A stretch of DNA of 61,951 nt, filler included, from Chiloscyllium plagiosum (taxonomy: Eukaryota), in assembly GCF_004010195.1 (NCBI RefSeq). It is 2 parts of one record of this genome, joined end to end, with 100 filler letters (N's around TTAATTAATTAA, not from the genome) between each part and the next. Parts side by side here need not be neighbours in the genome. Positions count along the whole stretch, not along the records: positions 31,824 to 61,951 come from NC_057715.1; 1 more part is not named here. One strand, given 5' to 3'. Shown here piece by piece: positions 39,001-50,955 of this stretch (positions within the stretch are counted from its first letter, which is position 1; every line of letters begins with the position of its first letter). A model generated the notes under the pieces. It was not told where the DNA came from, searched no databases, and saw only the letters and a list, made by a program, of their open reading frames with translations. The translations under genes and the position numbers were made by a program.

Positions 39001-39967
39001 GACTCACTACACCGCTTGTGAACCGTGATGGAACGAGTCTCCCTAAGGCGGAGATGGGCTTCTGATTCTGCCACAAACCTCCCAACAGGCCATATCACTC
39101 AGATCCCTGCAAGATTCCACCCTGGGATTCATTGTAATTTACTAGGTTAAATGATAATTTGATCAAAGTTTCCAAAAGATATTAAAGGGAACAGGTCGAA
39201 AATAAGTTATAGAACTAGGCACAGTTTAAAATTCAGAGCCAAACATTTGTATATGAATGAGGAGAGGGGTGGGGTAATTGCCCCTCCCCTTCTCACCTCT
39301 TGGGTGACTATAACAAAGATCTATATTTTCTGGAAGGGGTACAGGGACTCTCTCTCAAGAGTGCATTTTGTAAAGGTATCATGTAAATATTCCCTTTTTT
39401 AAGAAGGCACGTCCACTCCCAGTAAACACCATTCAAAGCAGTTAGGGCATAGTTCTGTACACAAGGTGGTTGCGGCTGTTTATATATCCATATTTTGGTT
39501 TCAAACATCAAAAACCTTCATTTTTTTAACACTAACTTGTAATAAACACTAAAACACTGGCCAAAAACTTACTACTGCCTTAAGGTAAAATGAACTGCAT
39601 CTAAAATGGAAGAACTGGTACTTCCTTCGCTCTGCGCAAAATACTCATTCATCAAATCCCAAACTTTCATGTTCCATTTGAAATTTGTGCAAAGTTTGTT
39701 TTTATGCTTTGTTTTGAGTCACAACAATGTTAGAGGTGTTCACAATAATTAGCCCTTGTTTAGGTACTTACAACTGATTGACAGTTAACTGTCATTGACA
39801 AGCAATTTCCTCTTACAGTTTCCAAAGGTTGCCAGTTAAATTCAAAATGTTAAACTAAATTTAAGATGTGCTCACCCATTTCCCAATGAAAAATTCTTAC
39901 TCTCACCAAATGTTCAACACCATGTTGTGTGTTTTGAATGGTGGTGCATTATACATTCAAAAGTTAC

Positions 39968-40185
39968 CTCAGTGTGACAAAGTCCCTGCTGGGGTGAGGA
40001 GCCATGCTGTTCAAGACATACTGAAAAATTTCAGTCTGCTTGTCCAGGGACTCCACAACTTTCCACTGGAGCAGGTCATCATCCCACAGGTGGCGCTCTC
40101 GTAGTACCCGATTTAGAACTACAGAAGGTGGTGCCTCTACTTCAACGGATATCTTCCACAGACGGAGAGGGTGACCATCACCAAC
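39968..40185 (-). CDS. STARD13: STARD13 START-domain exon (equivalent to human exon 12)
   Basis: Minus strand gggtag|GTT acceptor and AG|gtaact donor; 218 nt. Translates VGDGHPLRLWKISVEVEAPPSVVLNRVLRERHLWDDDLLQWKVVESLDKQTEIFQYVLNSMAPHPSRDFVTL(R). The VEAPPSVVLNRVLRERHLW motif is STARD13-type rather than DLC1-type. Confidence 0.96.
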
Positions 40186-40452
40186 CTACCCCAAAACAAA
40201 ACAGCTTTTATTATTGGAATCATTAAATTGGACAATTTATAAACTATCAATATTATAAAATAATTGTAGATTAGTGTTTAGCATTCCTGCCTCTGAGCAA
40301 GAAGGACGTGTGCTTAAGCCCCTTTTGTTAATTTATTTTTTTCATGGGATATGGTCATCACAGGCAAGGCCAGAATTTCCTGCCCATCCCAAAGTACCCT
40401 TGATCTGGGTGGCTTACCTGGGATCTCAGCAGGATGTCATGGGTCAACCATA

Positions 40453-43400
40453 GGGTAGGTCGTGGCCTAGTGGTATTATCACTAAATTATTAATTCAGAA
40501 ACTCAGCTCATGTTCTGGGGACTGGGTTTGAACCCCACCATGACAGATATGAATTTGTTTGAATTTGAATTCATTTAAAAAAAATTCTAGAATTCAGAAT
40601 CTACTGATAACCATGAAATCATTACCAATTGTCACAAAAAAACCCATCTGGCTCATTAATGGCCTTCAGGGAAGGAAATCTGCCATCCTCACCTGGTCTA
40701 GCCTTTATGTGATTCCAGACGCATAGCAATGCAGTTGACTGTCAACTGCACTCTGAAATGGCCTAGGAAGCCATCTAGTTGTACCAATTCCTACAAAGTC
40801 TCAAAGAAATGGAACCAGATGGATCAGTTGGCATCATCCTAGGCAGTGGAAACGTCAACAGCAGAAACAGCCATCGAACGCACAGAGTCCTCCTCACTAA
40901 CACCTGGGGCTTTGCCAAAATTGTCTCACAGACTAGTCAAGCCACAGCTGGATATAGTTATAGTCATGGAATCATACCTTACAGACAATTTTGCAGACAC
41001 CATCACGATCCCTGGATATGACCGGTCTCGCTGGCAGGGCAGACCCACCAGAGCTGACAGCATAGTGGCATACAGTCAGGAGGGAACTGCGCTGGGAGTC
41101 CTCAATATTGACTCGAGACCCCATGAAATCTCATGGCTTCAGATTAAACATGGGCAAGGAAACTTCCTGTTGATTACCACATACCATCCTCCCTCAGCTG
41201 ATGAATCAGTACTCCACCATGGTGAACAACACAGAGGATGGTAAGGGCACAAAATGTACTCTGGGTGGGAGATTTCAACGTCCACCACCAACAGTGGCTC
41301 AACAGCAGTTCTATAGATCGAACTGGTTGGGTCCTAAAGGATATAGCTGCTAGATGGGTCTGCAGCAGATGGTGAGGAAACCAAGAGGGAAAAACATACT
41401 TGACCTCACACTTACCAATCTGCCAGCTGCAGATGCATCTGTCCATGACAGTATCGCTAAGAGTGACCACCACATAGTCCCTGTGGAGATGAAGTTCTGC
41501 CTTCACGTTGAGAATAACCTCCGTGTTGTGGGGCACAATCACTATGCTAAATGGAACAGACTTCAAACAGATCTAGCAACTCAAGGCTGGACATCTATGC
41601 GGTGCTGTGGGCCATTAGCAGCAGAACTGTACTCCAGCACAACCTTTAACCTCATGGTCTGGCATATCCCTACTCAACCATTACCATCAAGCCAGGTGAT
41701 GAACCCTGGTTCAATGGAAAGTGCAGAATGGCATGCCAGGAGCAACAGCACCAGGCATGCCTGAGAATGAGGTGTCAACTTGGTGAAGCCATAAAAACAG
41801 GGCTACTTGCCAAATGGCATAAGCAGCAAGTGATAGACAGAGCTAAGCGATCCTACAGCCAACAAATCAGATCTAAGCTCTGCAGTCCTGCTGCAACCAG
41901 TCATGAATGATGGTGGACAATTAAACAACTCACTGGAGGAGGAGGCTCTACAAATATCCCCATTCTCAATGATGTGCAGGGCTCTTTCATCAATACAAAA
42001 GATTAGGCTGAAGTTTTCACAGCAGTCTTTTGGAAGTGCCAAATGGATAATCCATTTCGGCCTCTTCTAGTGGTTCCCAGCATTAGAGATACCAGTCTTC
42101 AACCTATTCGATCCAGTCTACGTGATATCAAGAAACGGTTGGAGACACTGGATACTGCAAAGGCTACGGCCCTGATAACATTCCAGCAATAGTACTGAAG
42201 ACTTGTGCTCCAGAACTTACCACTCCCCTAGCCAAGCTGTTCCAGTACAATTACAGCACTGGTATCTACTCGGCAATGTGGAAAATTGTTTAAGTATATC
42301 CTGTACATAAAAATCAGGACAAATCTAACCTGGCAATTACTACCCCATCAGTCTACTTTCGGTCATCAGTAAAATGATGGAAGGTGTCATCAACAGTGCT
42401 ATCAAGCAGCAATGACATGCTCAGTGATACCCAGTTTGGGTTCCGCCAGGGCCACTCAGCTTTTGATCTCATTACAGCCTTGGCCCAAACATGGATAAAA
42501 GAGCTGAATTCTAGAGGTGAGGTGAGAGTGAGAGCACTTGACATCAAAGCTGCATTTAACTGATTGTGGCATCAAGGAGCCCTAGCAAAAAACTGGGATC
42601 AATGGGTATCAGGAGATAATTCTCTGGTGATTAGAGTCACTTCTGACACATAAGAAGATGGTTGTGGTTGTTGGAGGTCAGTCATCTCTGCAGGAGTTCC
42701 TTAGGATAGTGTCCTAGGCCCAACCACCTTCAGCTATTTCAATGATCTTCCTTCCATCTTAAGGTCAGAAGTGGAGATGCTCAGCACCATTTGTGACCCC
42801 TCAGATTCTGAAGCAGTCCATGTTCAATATCCAGGCTTGGGCTGACAAGTGGAAGTAACGTTCGTGCCACACAAATGCTCGGCTATGATCATCACCAATA
42901 AGACACAGTCTAACCATTGAACCTTAACATTCAATTGTGTAACCATTACTGAATTCTCCACTATCATCATCCTGGGGGTTATCATTGACCAGAAACTCAA
43001 TTGGACTCAATATAAAACTATGGCTACAACAGCAGGTCAGAAGCTAAGAACACTGTGGTGAGTAATATACCTCCTGACTCCCCATAGCCTGTCCAACATC
43101 TACAAGGCACAAGTCAGGAGTGTGATAGAATACTCCCCACATGCCTGGATAAGTACAGCTCCAAGAACACAAGATGTTTAACACCATCTAGGACAAAGCC
43201 GCCTGCTTTATTGGTGCTACATCCACAAGTATCCAGTCTCTCCACCACCTGACACTCAGTAGCAGCAGTGCGTACCATCTACAAAATGCACTGCAGAAAT
43301 TCACCAAGGATCCTCAGACAGCACCTTCCAAATCCATGACCACTTCCATCTAGAAGGACAAGAGCAACGGGTATGTGAACACCACCTCAGAGTCCCCTCC

Positions 43401-43617
43401 AAGCCACTCACCATCCTGACGAGGAAACACATCAATGTGCCTTCAAAATCCTGGAATTCTTGCCCCAAAAGGACATTATGGGTCAACCCACAGCAGGTGG
43501 ACTGTAGCAGTTCAAGTCAGTAGCTCACCACCATCTTGTCAAGGCAGCTAGGGCCTGGCAATAAATGCGGGCCAGCCAGCGATGCCTACATCCCACAAAA
43601 ATGAATTTTAAAAAAAA
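40453..43617 (+). mobile_element. Near full-length degenerate APE-RT LINE (CR1/L2 group) with tRNA-like SINE head and no ORF1
   Basis: Head with A box at 40463-40473 and B-box-like motif at 40525-40535; APE motifs (ESYLTD, VGDFNVHH, ILDLTLT, SDHHIV); RT motifs (QFGFRQGHS, ALDIKAAF, SVLGP); A-rich end at about 43617. Confidence 0.88.
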
Positions 43618-43955
43618 TCAGTGCTGGGAATCTGGAGCCACATATCAGCTAGCCCAGGTAAGGTAGGCAGATTTCCTTCCCAAAAAAAGGACATTAATGA
43701 ACAAGATTAGTTTTGATAATTGAATGGTTATCATTACTGAGACTAGAATTCAGTTTCAGATTTAACTAATGATATCTTGCAGGCTTACAACCAGAACTAG
43801 TTTTTTAAAAAGTCCCAGTGAAAGCAGGTGAAGGTGGTTGGGAATCCTGGAACTGGGTCTTAGTACATTTTTATTTTTTAAAAGAGCTTGTGTGTCAACC
43901 CAACTGTAAGAAAATCTGGAAGTACTGGAGAAACACAACTGATCTGGCAGTAGCT

Positions 43956-44286
43956 GTGGCATGGTGGCTCAGTGGTTAGCGCTACTGCGTCTCAGTGCCA
44001 GGGACCCAGGTTCGATTCCAGCCTCGGACGACTGTGCGGAGTTTGCACTTCCTCCCTGTGTCTGCATGGGTTTCCTCCGGGTGATCAGGTTTCCTCCCAC
44101 AGTCCAAAGATGTGCAGGTCAGGTGAACTGGCCATGCTAAACTGCCCGTAGTGTTCAGGGATGTATAGGTTAGGTGCATTAGTCAGGGGAAGTGTAAAGT
44201 AATAGAATAGGGGAAGGGGGCTGGGTGGGTTACTCTTCAGAATGTTGATGTGGACTTGTTGGGCTGAATGGCCTGTTTTCACACTG
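43956..44286 (+). mobile_element. tRNA-derived SINE (HE1/V-SINE type) inserted in an old PLE hairpin remnant
   Basis: A and B boxes and central domain as at 9913. Confidence 0.9.
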
Positions 44287-46214
44287 AGCAGAGTGATGTT
44301 GGACTCAAAATATTAACTCTGCTTCTCTTTCCACAAACGCTGCTAGACCTGCTGAATTTCTCCAGCACTTTGTTTTTATCTCAGACCCTCCACAATCTAT
44401 TATTTTGTTTTTATTTATTTACACTGCTGAACATTAAAAATATGAAAAGTGATTAATTGAAAAAAAAATTTAGCGGCGTGACAGGGTGGATACCATGAGG
44501 ATTTTCCCCTGGAGAGGTAATGCTTTACCCGGAGTTAGTCTCGGGAGTAAGGGTCATCCATTGGAGGATGGAAATGAAAGCAAACTTCTTTATTTAAAGA
44601 GATATGAATCTTTGGAATTTTGTACCCATGAGAGCTGAATACTTAAAATCACTGAATGCACTCAAGAGAGACTGATACACTCGTTCGTACAAAGGGAGCC
44701 AAGGAACATGGGGAGTGTAGGAAGGTGGCATTGAAGTAAAAGATCAACATGACTTTACGAATTACCGAGGAGGCTTGATGGTCAAATGACTACCAGTGCT
44801 TCTATTTCTTAACATCATGCAGTTGGTGGGGCAACTTGGGTGTTGCATTTCCAACATGAAGACATGGATACATTTTTTAAAAAAAAGTTTATTAAATTTT
44901 ACAACACTTTGGGACATCCCAATGTTGCGTTCGGTGTTAAAGAAATGCTATTTTCCATTTCAAGTCAGAATACCACCAGTTGTGAGCTTCACTATGAATG
45001 TGTCATTGATACTTATACTCATTCTGCATACTTCAGTAAAACAGAAAATCAAAAACAAGAATACTTGACAAGTTTTACAAGCAATATAAAAGAGAATAAA
45101 ATGCTGAAATACATGACAGATCAGTCAAACTTCTTTAAAAGAGAAAAGCAAAGGATGTGGCATTTCTACTGAAGGGAACGCACCCAAACCAATAAACCTC
45201 GCCATTTCTTTTTACAGATGCTGACTGATCGGTCGTTTGCTGGGTCAGGAAATTCTGCTTTTGTTAAAATGCAGTTAAAAGCTGAAAATTATTATTATGT
45301 TTCATGACATTGGGAGCAACTTGTAAAATAAATTTCTCAATTGATATTTCAACATGTATATAAAATCTGAATTTTAGAGTTGTATGATATAAGATCTCAG
45401 TCAGCCAGTAACAGCAAACTTAAGTGAAGCGAATAATCTGAGGCTGAGAATTGGAAAACAATTTCTCCTGGACAGATACCTGCACTCCACCAATTGTAGG
45501 AAGAAACCATCTGCCTCTCTTGCAGTTTGGAAGAGGGATCTGCATCCAACTCACCATTTTATATTCTCCAAAAGTGTTTGTTTGTTTTTATTTCCTGTAC
45601 TAGTTTATCCTCATTAACAAAAAGGTGGTGCCTGGTTTAAACAGACATTTGTCCAATAACCCTGCATTTAAGTTATCGCATTAGATGTTCTGTATCACTG
45701 ATTATTAATGACTGACAGAACAGAAAATAAACAAGTTGCTTGTAAGCTTTGATGGCTGGCTGTCAAGAGTCAAACTAGAGTGATGCACTTTAATGCAATC
45801 TTCTCTTCTCAGAAATGGCAGCTTTTTCTCCTTTGTAGTACTCAAAGAAAGAAATCAAGTCTCTTGTACAGGATAATTATAAAGAATATTTTTGGACATT
45901 CCACTTTTAACCAATGCATTAAGTAACATTTATCTATGCCACCAGAGCTTTCTTTACATATTTTTGTATCTTATTTGCAACCACTACCAGTTGCTGACAA
46001 TTTTATTGACATTAACATTGATGAAATGTCATTCCAGTAGGTGGTGAGAAACACAATCTTGTCAATAGAATAGAATTTAAAAGATTATTGAATTTTAAGA
46101 TATATTTTGTACAAAGTTTATATTGTTCATCATTGAAATGATAGGAATACATAAAGTTTAAAAAAAATTATCAAAACTTTCAAATACGGCATAAGCACTT
46201 ATGTATGAACTTAC

Positions 46215-46436
46215 CTTTTTGTAAGCAAGTTCAGTGTTATCAGGGCATGGACATGAAACCCAGCTCTTAAATTTCTCCCTGGATTCTTTCTGAAGGTTCT
46301 GGATTAGATTCTCCAGGTAAGTCTGATAATTTGCCCCTTCATCTTCCAGTTGCTTTCCGAGTTCCTCCAGTGTCAGCGGATGGGCATCGGCCTCAATGTA
46401 AGAGTTCCGGGACTGCATCATCATATCTTGAGGGAT
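46215..46436 (-). CDS. STARD13: STARD13 exon, RhoGAP-START linker and START N-terminus (equivalent to human exon 11)
   Basis: Minus strand aacag|ATC acceptor and AAG|gtaag donor; 222 nt. Translates IPQDMMMQSRNSYIEADAHPLTLEELGKQLEDEGANYQTYLENLIQNLQKESREKFKSWVSCPCPDNTELAYKK. Confidence 0.96.
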
Positions 46437-46725
46437 CTGTTCCGAGTGGTGGATAATTGGATAAAGATAAGCCACAGACACAGAAAAATAGCTTCACAAT
46501 AACAGTTGGGCACATCATTGTGATCCAGCTGGATCCCCAGACTCTAAAGAAAGCACTCCAGATTTTCAGCTTTTAGTAACAGAATTGAATTTTGTACTGC
46601 AAAACGGTATTAAAACCTTAAAACGAAACAGTAAATCCAATTTTATCCAAGTACCTGATAAACGACCACTGCTTGGGCGTGCATTTGCATTTACATTTGA
46701 AACCAATTAACTGCAAATTAATAAG

Positions 46726-47430
46726 GAGGAGAAAGTGAGGTCTGCAGATGCTGGAGATCAAAGTTGAAACTTTATTGCTGGAACAGCACAGCAGGTCAGG
46801 CAGCATCCAGGGAACAGGAGATTCGACGTTTCGGGCACAGGCCCTTCTTCAGGAATGAGCAATATAGAGCCTCCTCTATATTGGGGAGACAGGCCGCCTA
46901 CTTGCGGAGCGATTCAGAGAGCACCTCTGGGCCACCCGGACGAACCAACCCAACCAACCTGTGGCACAGCATTTCAACTCCCCCTCCCACTCCACCGAGG
47001 ATATGCAGGTCATTGGACTCATCCACCGCCAAACCACAACAACCCGACGGTCGGAGGAGGAGCGTCTTATCTTCCGACTGGGAACCCTCCAACCGCAGGG
47101 GATGAACTTGGACTTCACCAGTTTCTTCATCCCCCCTCCCCCCACCTTGTCTCAGCCGGATCCTTCCAGCCCGGCACTGCCTTCCTGACCTGCAGTCTTC
47201 TTCTTGACCTCTCCGTCTCCATCCTACTCCGACCTATCACCCTCACCTTGACCTCTTTCCACCTATCACATTTCCAACTCCCCTCCTCCAAGTCCCTCCT
47301 CCCTACCTTTTATCTTCTCCTGCTGAACACTCTCTGCTCATTCCTGAAGAAGGGCCTGTGCCCGAAACGTCGAATCTCCTGTTCCCTGGATGCTGCCTGA
47401 CCTGCTGTGCTGTTCCAGCAATAAAGTTTC
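46726..47430 (+). mobile_element. Young truncated Penelope-like element: GIY-YIG C-terminal half with perfect 99-bp inverted repeats and 17-bp target-site duplication
   Basis: LYIGETGRLLAERFREHL...VAQHFN...EEERLIFRLGTLQPQGMN; arms 46763-46861 and 47335-47433 are exact reverse complements; aactgcaaattaataag at 46709-46725 and 47431-47447. Confidence 0.95.
47340..47375 (+). ncRNA. Minimal type I hammerhead ribozyme motif (identical inverse copy at 46821-46856, minus strand)
   Basis: attc-CTGAAGA-a-gggc ctgt gccc-GAAA-CGTC-gaat: stem I attc/gaat, CUGANGA and GAAA cores, GUC cleavage triplet ending at 47371. Confidence 0.85.
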
Positions 47431-49226
47431 AACTGCAAATTAATAAGAACTACCAAAGATACTTGCAAGTAGCTGGTACTGCTGTAATTCACTGTAATCA
47501 GTTCTGTGGTTCAAACAAAGCTATGTGCTTTCACATTATTTGAATCCAGCTTAGAACAGGAGGCTGCAGGGGTGAAGATGAGGATGTTAAAGCGTGAAGC
47601 CAGTAAAATTATCAAGGGTTCTCCAGATAAGTCACCACAGAAAATTTTGTTCACAGTTTATCCAGGGTTTCTGCTGGCTTCCCAAAGTTCTGACGGCCAA
47701 TCAAAACAACCCCTGAATAAATCATTGACATCACTGTTTGTCATTACATGCAAATTCCATTTGCTCTTTAATGGCCTTTTATATTTGAAAACACCAATGT
47801 TGACGTCTTGCGAGCTGAAACCTCTTAATCCTTTGGCTGTTTCACATCAAGTTTTCCACCAAGCCATCATTGCTTCTTTAAAACTAATTATCAATGGAAA
47901 GAATAATGTGTTCTCTCACATCTACTGACTTTGAATCCCATTAGTCTCTTTTCAGCTCATTTAAAGCAGGTCAGGAGCCATTGCAGAGCTTCTCACAGGC
48001 TGTGGGTGGAGGTCCCAGCTGGGATTGCCAGTCAACATTTTAGGGTCAGAGACAGCAATACCTGCTGTGGCATCCCAAATGCTAACAGTTGTGTAGACTT
48101 TTCATCAGAGACTTTTAAAAACTGTGGGCATGGCTTAACTGTCCTAGTCCTGGAGACTGAAATTCTGTCCTAATAAAAATAATGGAAAGGGTGGTTGCTT
48201 TATAATTTTGACTAAAAGCTTTCCCCCACTACACTGCTCGTAGGTCTTTTGACCCTTCCTCATACATACCCCCATGCAAAACGTATCTCCCCACTCTGAC
48301 AGGCTTCCCATCCCCACTTCCATAGGTCTCGGGTCCCAGCAACTTGCAAGCACCAGAATGGAGTCACAGTGGGAATAAGTTTGATAAATACATATAGAGC
48401 ATCTCAACATGGAACTGAAACAAAATAGAAATTGCTGGAAAAGCTCAACAGGTCTGGCAACATCTGTGGAGAAAAATCAGAGTTATTGTTTCAGGTTCAG
48501 TGACCCTTCTTCAGGGTGGAACTACCTCTACTGGCCTGCAAAGCTGTGGTAAAATAAGCAAGATATAGACCAGCAGATCCACTGGGATGGAGGAAACTTC
48601 TTCAGTTGATCAAGCTCAGCCAACAGCACAGTTTTCCTATCTGTGGAGATCTCCAGTAAATTGGCAGTCTCCAATTCGGACTGTGCCCCTCCGAAAGATC
48701 TCCAGTGGTGAGAATGCATCAGAGAGAGTCATCCTCAAGTGGCTCGCCACCTATTTTCCTGTTTTGCCAGCTTCCAAGTCTGTTATCATGACCATGGTAA
48801 CAATTCAGCCATAGCAGTCCCAGACTTACTCTAGCCACTCCAAGAAATTGCAATTAACTTCCAAATGCCAGAATTAGTTGATGGTCAAATTTGTTTTGTC
48901 ACACTTAGTTTTGGATCTCAAACTTCCTTAGTTGTGTGATACCTTGTCAAAAGGTCTTCTGACAGTAATGTACCAATAATATTTTGCCCCAAATTCACCA
49001 TAACTGTCATCTCTTCCAAGAGTTCTACGCCCTTGGCTGAGATCAGCTAAGACAGCTCAAATGGAGTTTAAAGCAGATCACGTTATAGGAATGAAAATTT
49101 GGTAACATTGCAATTTATCAATTTTATTTATTCTGATGGTCATGCAATAATAATATAATTATAAAACAATTCTCTAAATCATCGTAGATTGAAGTTCTTT
49201 TGTTTAGTTGCTCAACAGTAGCTCAC

Positions 49227-49341
49227 CTGAAAAATTTTGTTGCATTCTATGATCATCTGGGCCAGTCCCTGTGTAGCTGCAAGGTTCTCATTCAAATCTT
49301 TCTGATCAGGTTTTCCTGTTGCGTATTTACGATGCATTACC
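49227..49341 (-). CDS. STARD13: STARD13 exon at the end of the RhoGAP domain (equivalent to human exon 10)
   Basis: Minus strand gatag|G acceptor and CAG|gtgagc donor; 115 nt. Translates VMHRKYATGKPDQKDLNENLAATQGLAQMIIECNKIFQ. Confidence 0.96.
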
Positions 49342-50292
49342 CTATCGTAAATCAGTAGGAAAAGGCTGGTTAGTCGTTGACTTTAATCTGAAAAGATTAG
49401 GCACACACACAAGCAAGGCCTCAAGGTGACAGAGAAGCTACTTTTTACAATTCCTGATAATAGTGCTAAAATATTGTTTGTCCTTCTGGTTATCTGTTGG
49501 GTGAATTACTCTGCTTTCTGATGAACAATCATCGATTCTTTTAACTTTGTTTCTCTCCAGAAATGTGGTTGTGTATTTTAACTACTTGACTCTACTTTTG
49601 TTATACCCACTTGCCAACTGGAAAACAATTCATGGTGTCAGATGCTGCTATAGTTTGGGATAGCAACACTGCTTTAATTTTGGACCATCGCCTAAATTAC
49701 AAAATGCTTCTGAAATGATTTATTAATACACAGAATTGGAATGGTCATGTTGACAGTTTCAGGGCAGCCACTTCTAACAGCTACACATATGCATACCTGC
49801 ATAAACCTTTCCCCAATTTGCTTAGCCCCCCTTGACAGTGGGAAATTGCTGTAGATAGCGCAAAACAAATTAAACAAAAGGCTGCCTAGAGACCTTCAAA
49901 AAAGTTAATTGAGTGAAAATGCCAGGATATTAATTTGATGTCACATAATGGATGCATTTATCTATTTTTTTTTACCTGGAAAGTAAATATACTTAAGCTC
50001 ACTGAATAGATAGTCAGTGAAGGAGAAATTCAAACAGTCAAATTTAGCAGTGCTTGGTTATAAAGAAATGTTAAATCACATTCACATCCAAGAAATAAAA
50101 CAGGATTTAAACCACCTTATATCTTAGGCTCTAAATTTGGCTTTATATTAATCAAAGTCAAATTAGATTATTCTCAATAAAATCTTGGGAACTGAACTAT
50201 TCTTATGATGCATTTTGTTAAATCCACTTATTAATTCATTAATTGCTAAGTACTTTTTGATGACCTTCAATCAGACGGAGCACCAACCTTTT

Positions 50293-50792
50293 NNNNNNNN
50301 NNNNNNNNNNNNNNNNNNNNNNNNNNNNNNNNNNNNNNNNNNNNNNNNNNNNNNNNNNNNNNNNNNNNNNNNNNNNNNNNNNNNNNNNNNNNNNNNNNNN
50401 NNNNNNNNNNNNNNNNNNNNNNNNNNNNNNNNNNNNNNNNNNNNNNNNNNNNNNNNNNNNNNNNNNNNNNNNNNNNNNNNNNNNNNNNNNNNNNNNNNNN
50501 NNNNNNNNNNNNNNNNNNNNNNNNNNNNNNNNNNNNNNNNNNNNNNNNNNNNNNNNNNNNNNNNNNNNNNNNNNNNNNNNNNNNNNNNNNNNNNNNNNNN
50601 NNNNNNNNNNNNNNNNNNNNNNNNNNNNNNNNNNNNNNNNNNNNNNNNNNNNNNNNNNNNNNNNNNNNNNNNNNNNNNNNNNNNNNNNNNNNNNNNNNNN
50701 NNNNNNNNNNNNNNNNNNNNNNNNNNNNNNNNNNNNNNNNNNNNNNNNNNNNNNNNNNNNNNNNNNNNNNNNNNNNNNNNNNNNNNNNNNNN
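50293..50792. other. Fixed-size assembly gap (exactly 500 N)
   Basis: Counted; lies between the STARD13 exon 4 and exon 10 equivalents. Confidence 0.95.
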
Positions 50793-50891
50793 CATATCAT
50801 ATTTTAAGATTAGACATGGATTTGAAAAGTACCAAACATTGCCAGAAGCTACAGATGAAAATAGAAGATTTATCAAAAGGTATATCCTTAC

Positions 50892-50955
50892 TTTCTTCTT
50901 GGGAAGGTTGACATCTATTTTCATAGAGGTGCACTTATTCAGAGTGTTTAGTCGC
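50892..50955 (-). CDS. STARD13: STARD13 SAM-domain exon (equivalent to human exon 4)
   Basis: Minus strand tttccag|G acceptor and AAA|gtaagg donor; 64 nt. Translates RLNTLNKCTSMKIDVNLPKKK. Confidence 0.95.

Noticed and set aside
37100..39130. GC-richer region with several short ORFs, searched for the missing STARD13 and BRCA2 exons
   Set aside because: No TWKTDLPKG, GHSPEWY or SEEQL-like motifs found. It may be a decayed transposon, but I cannot support a family call.
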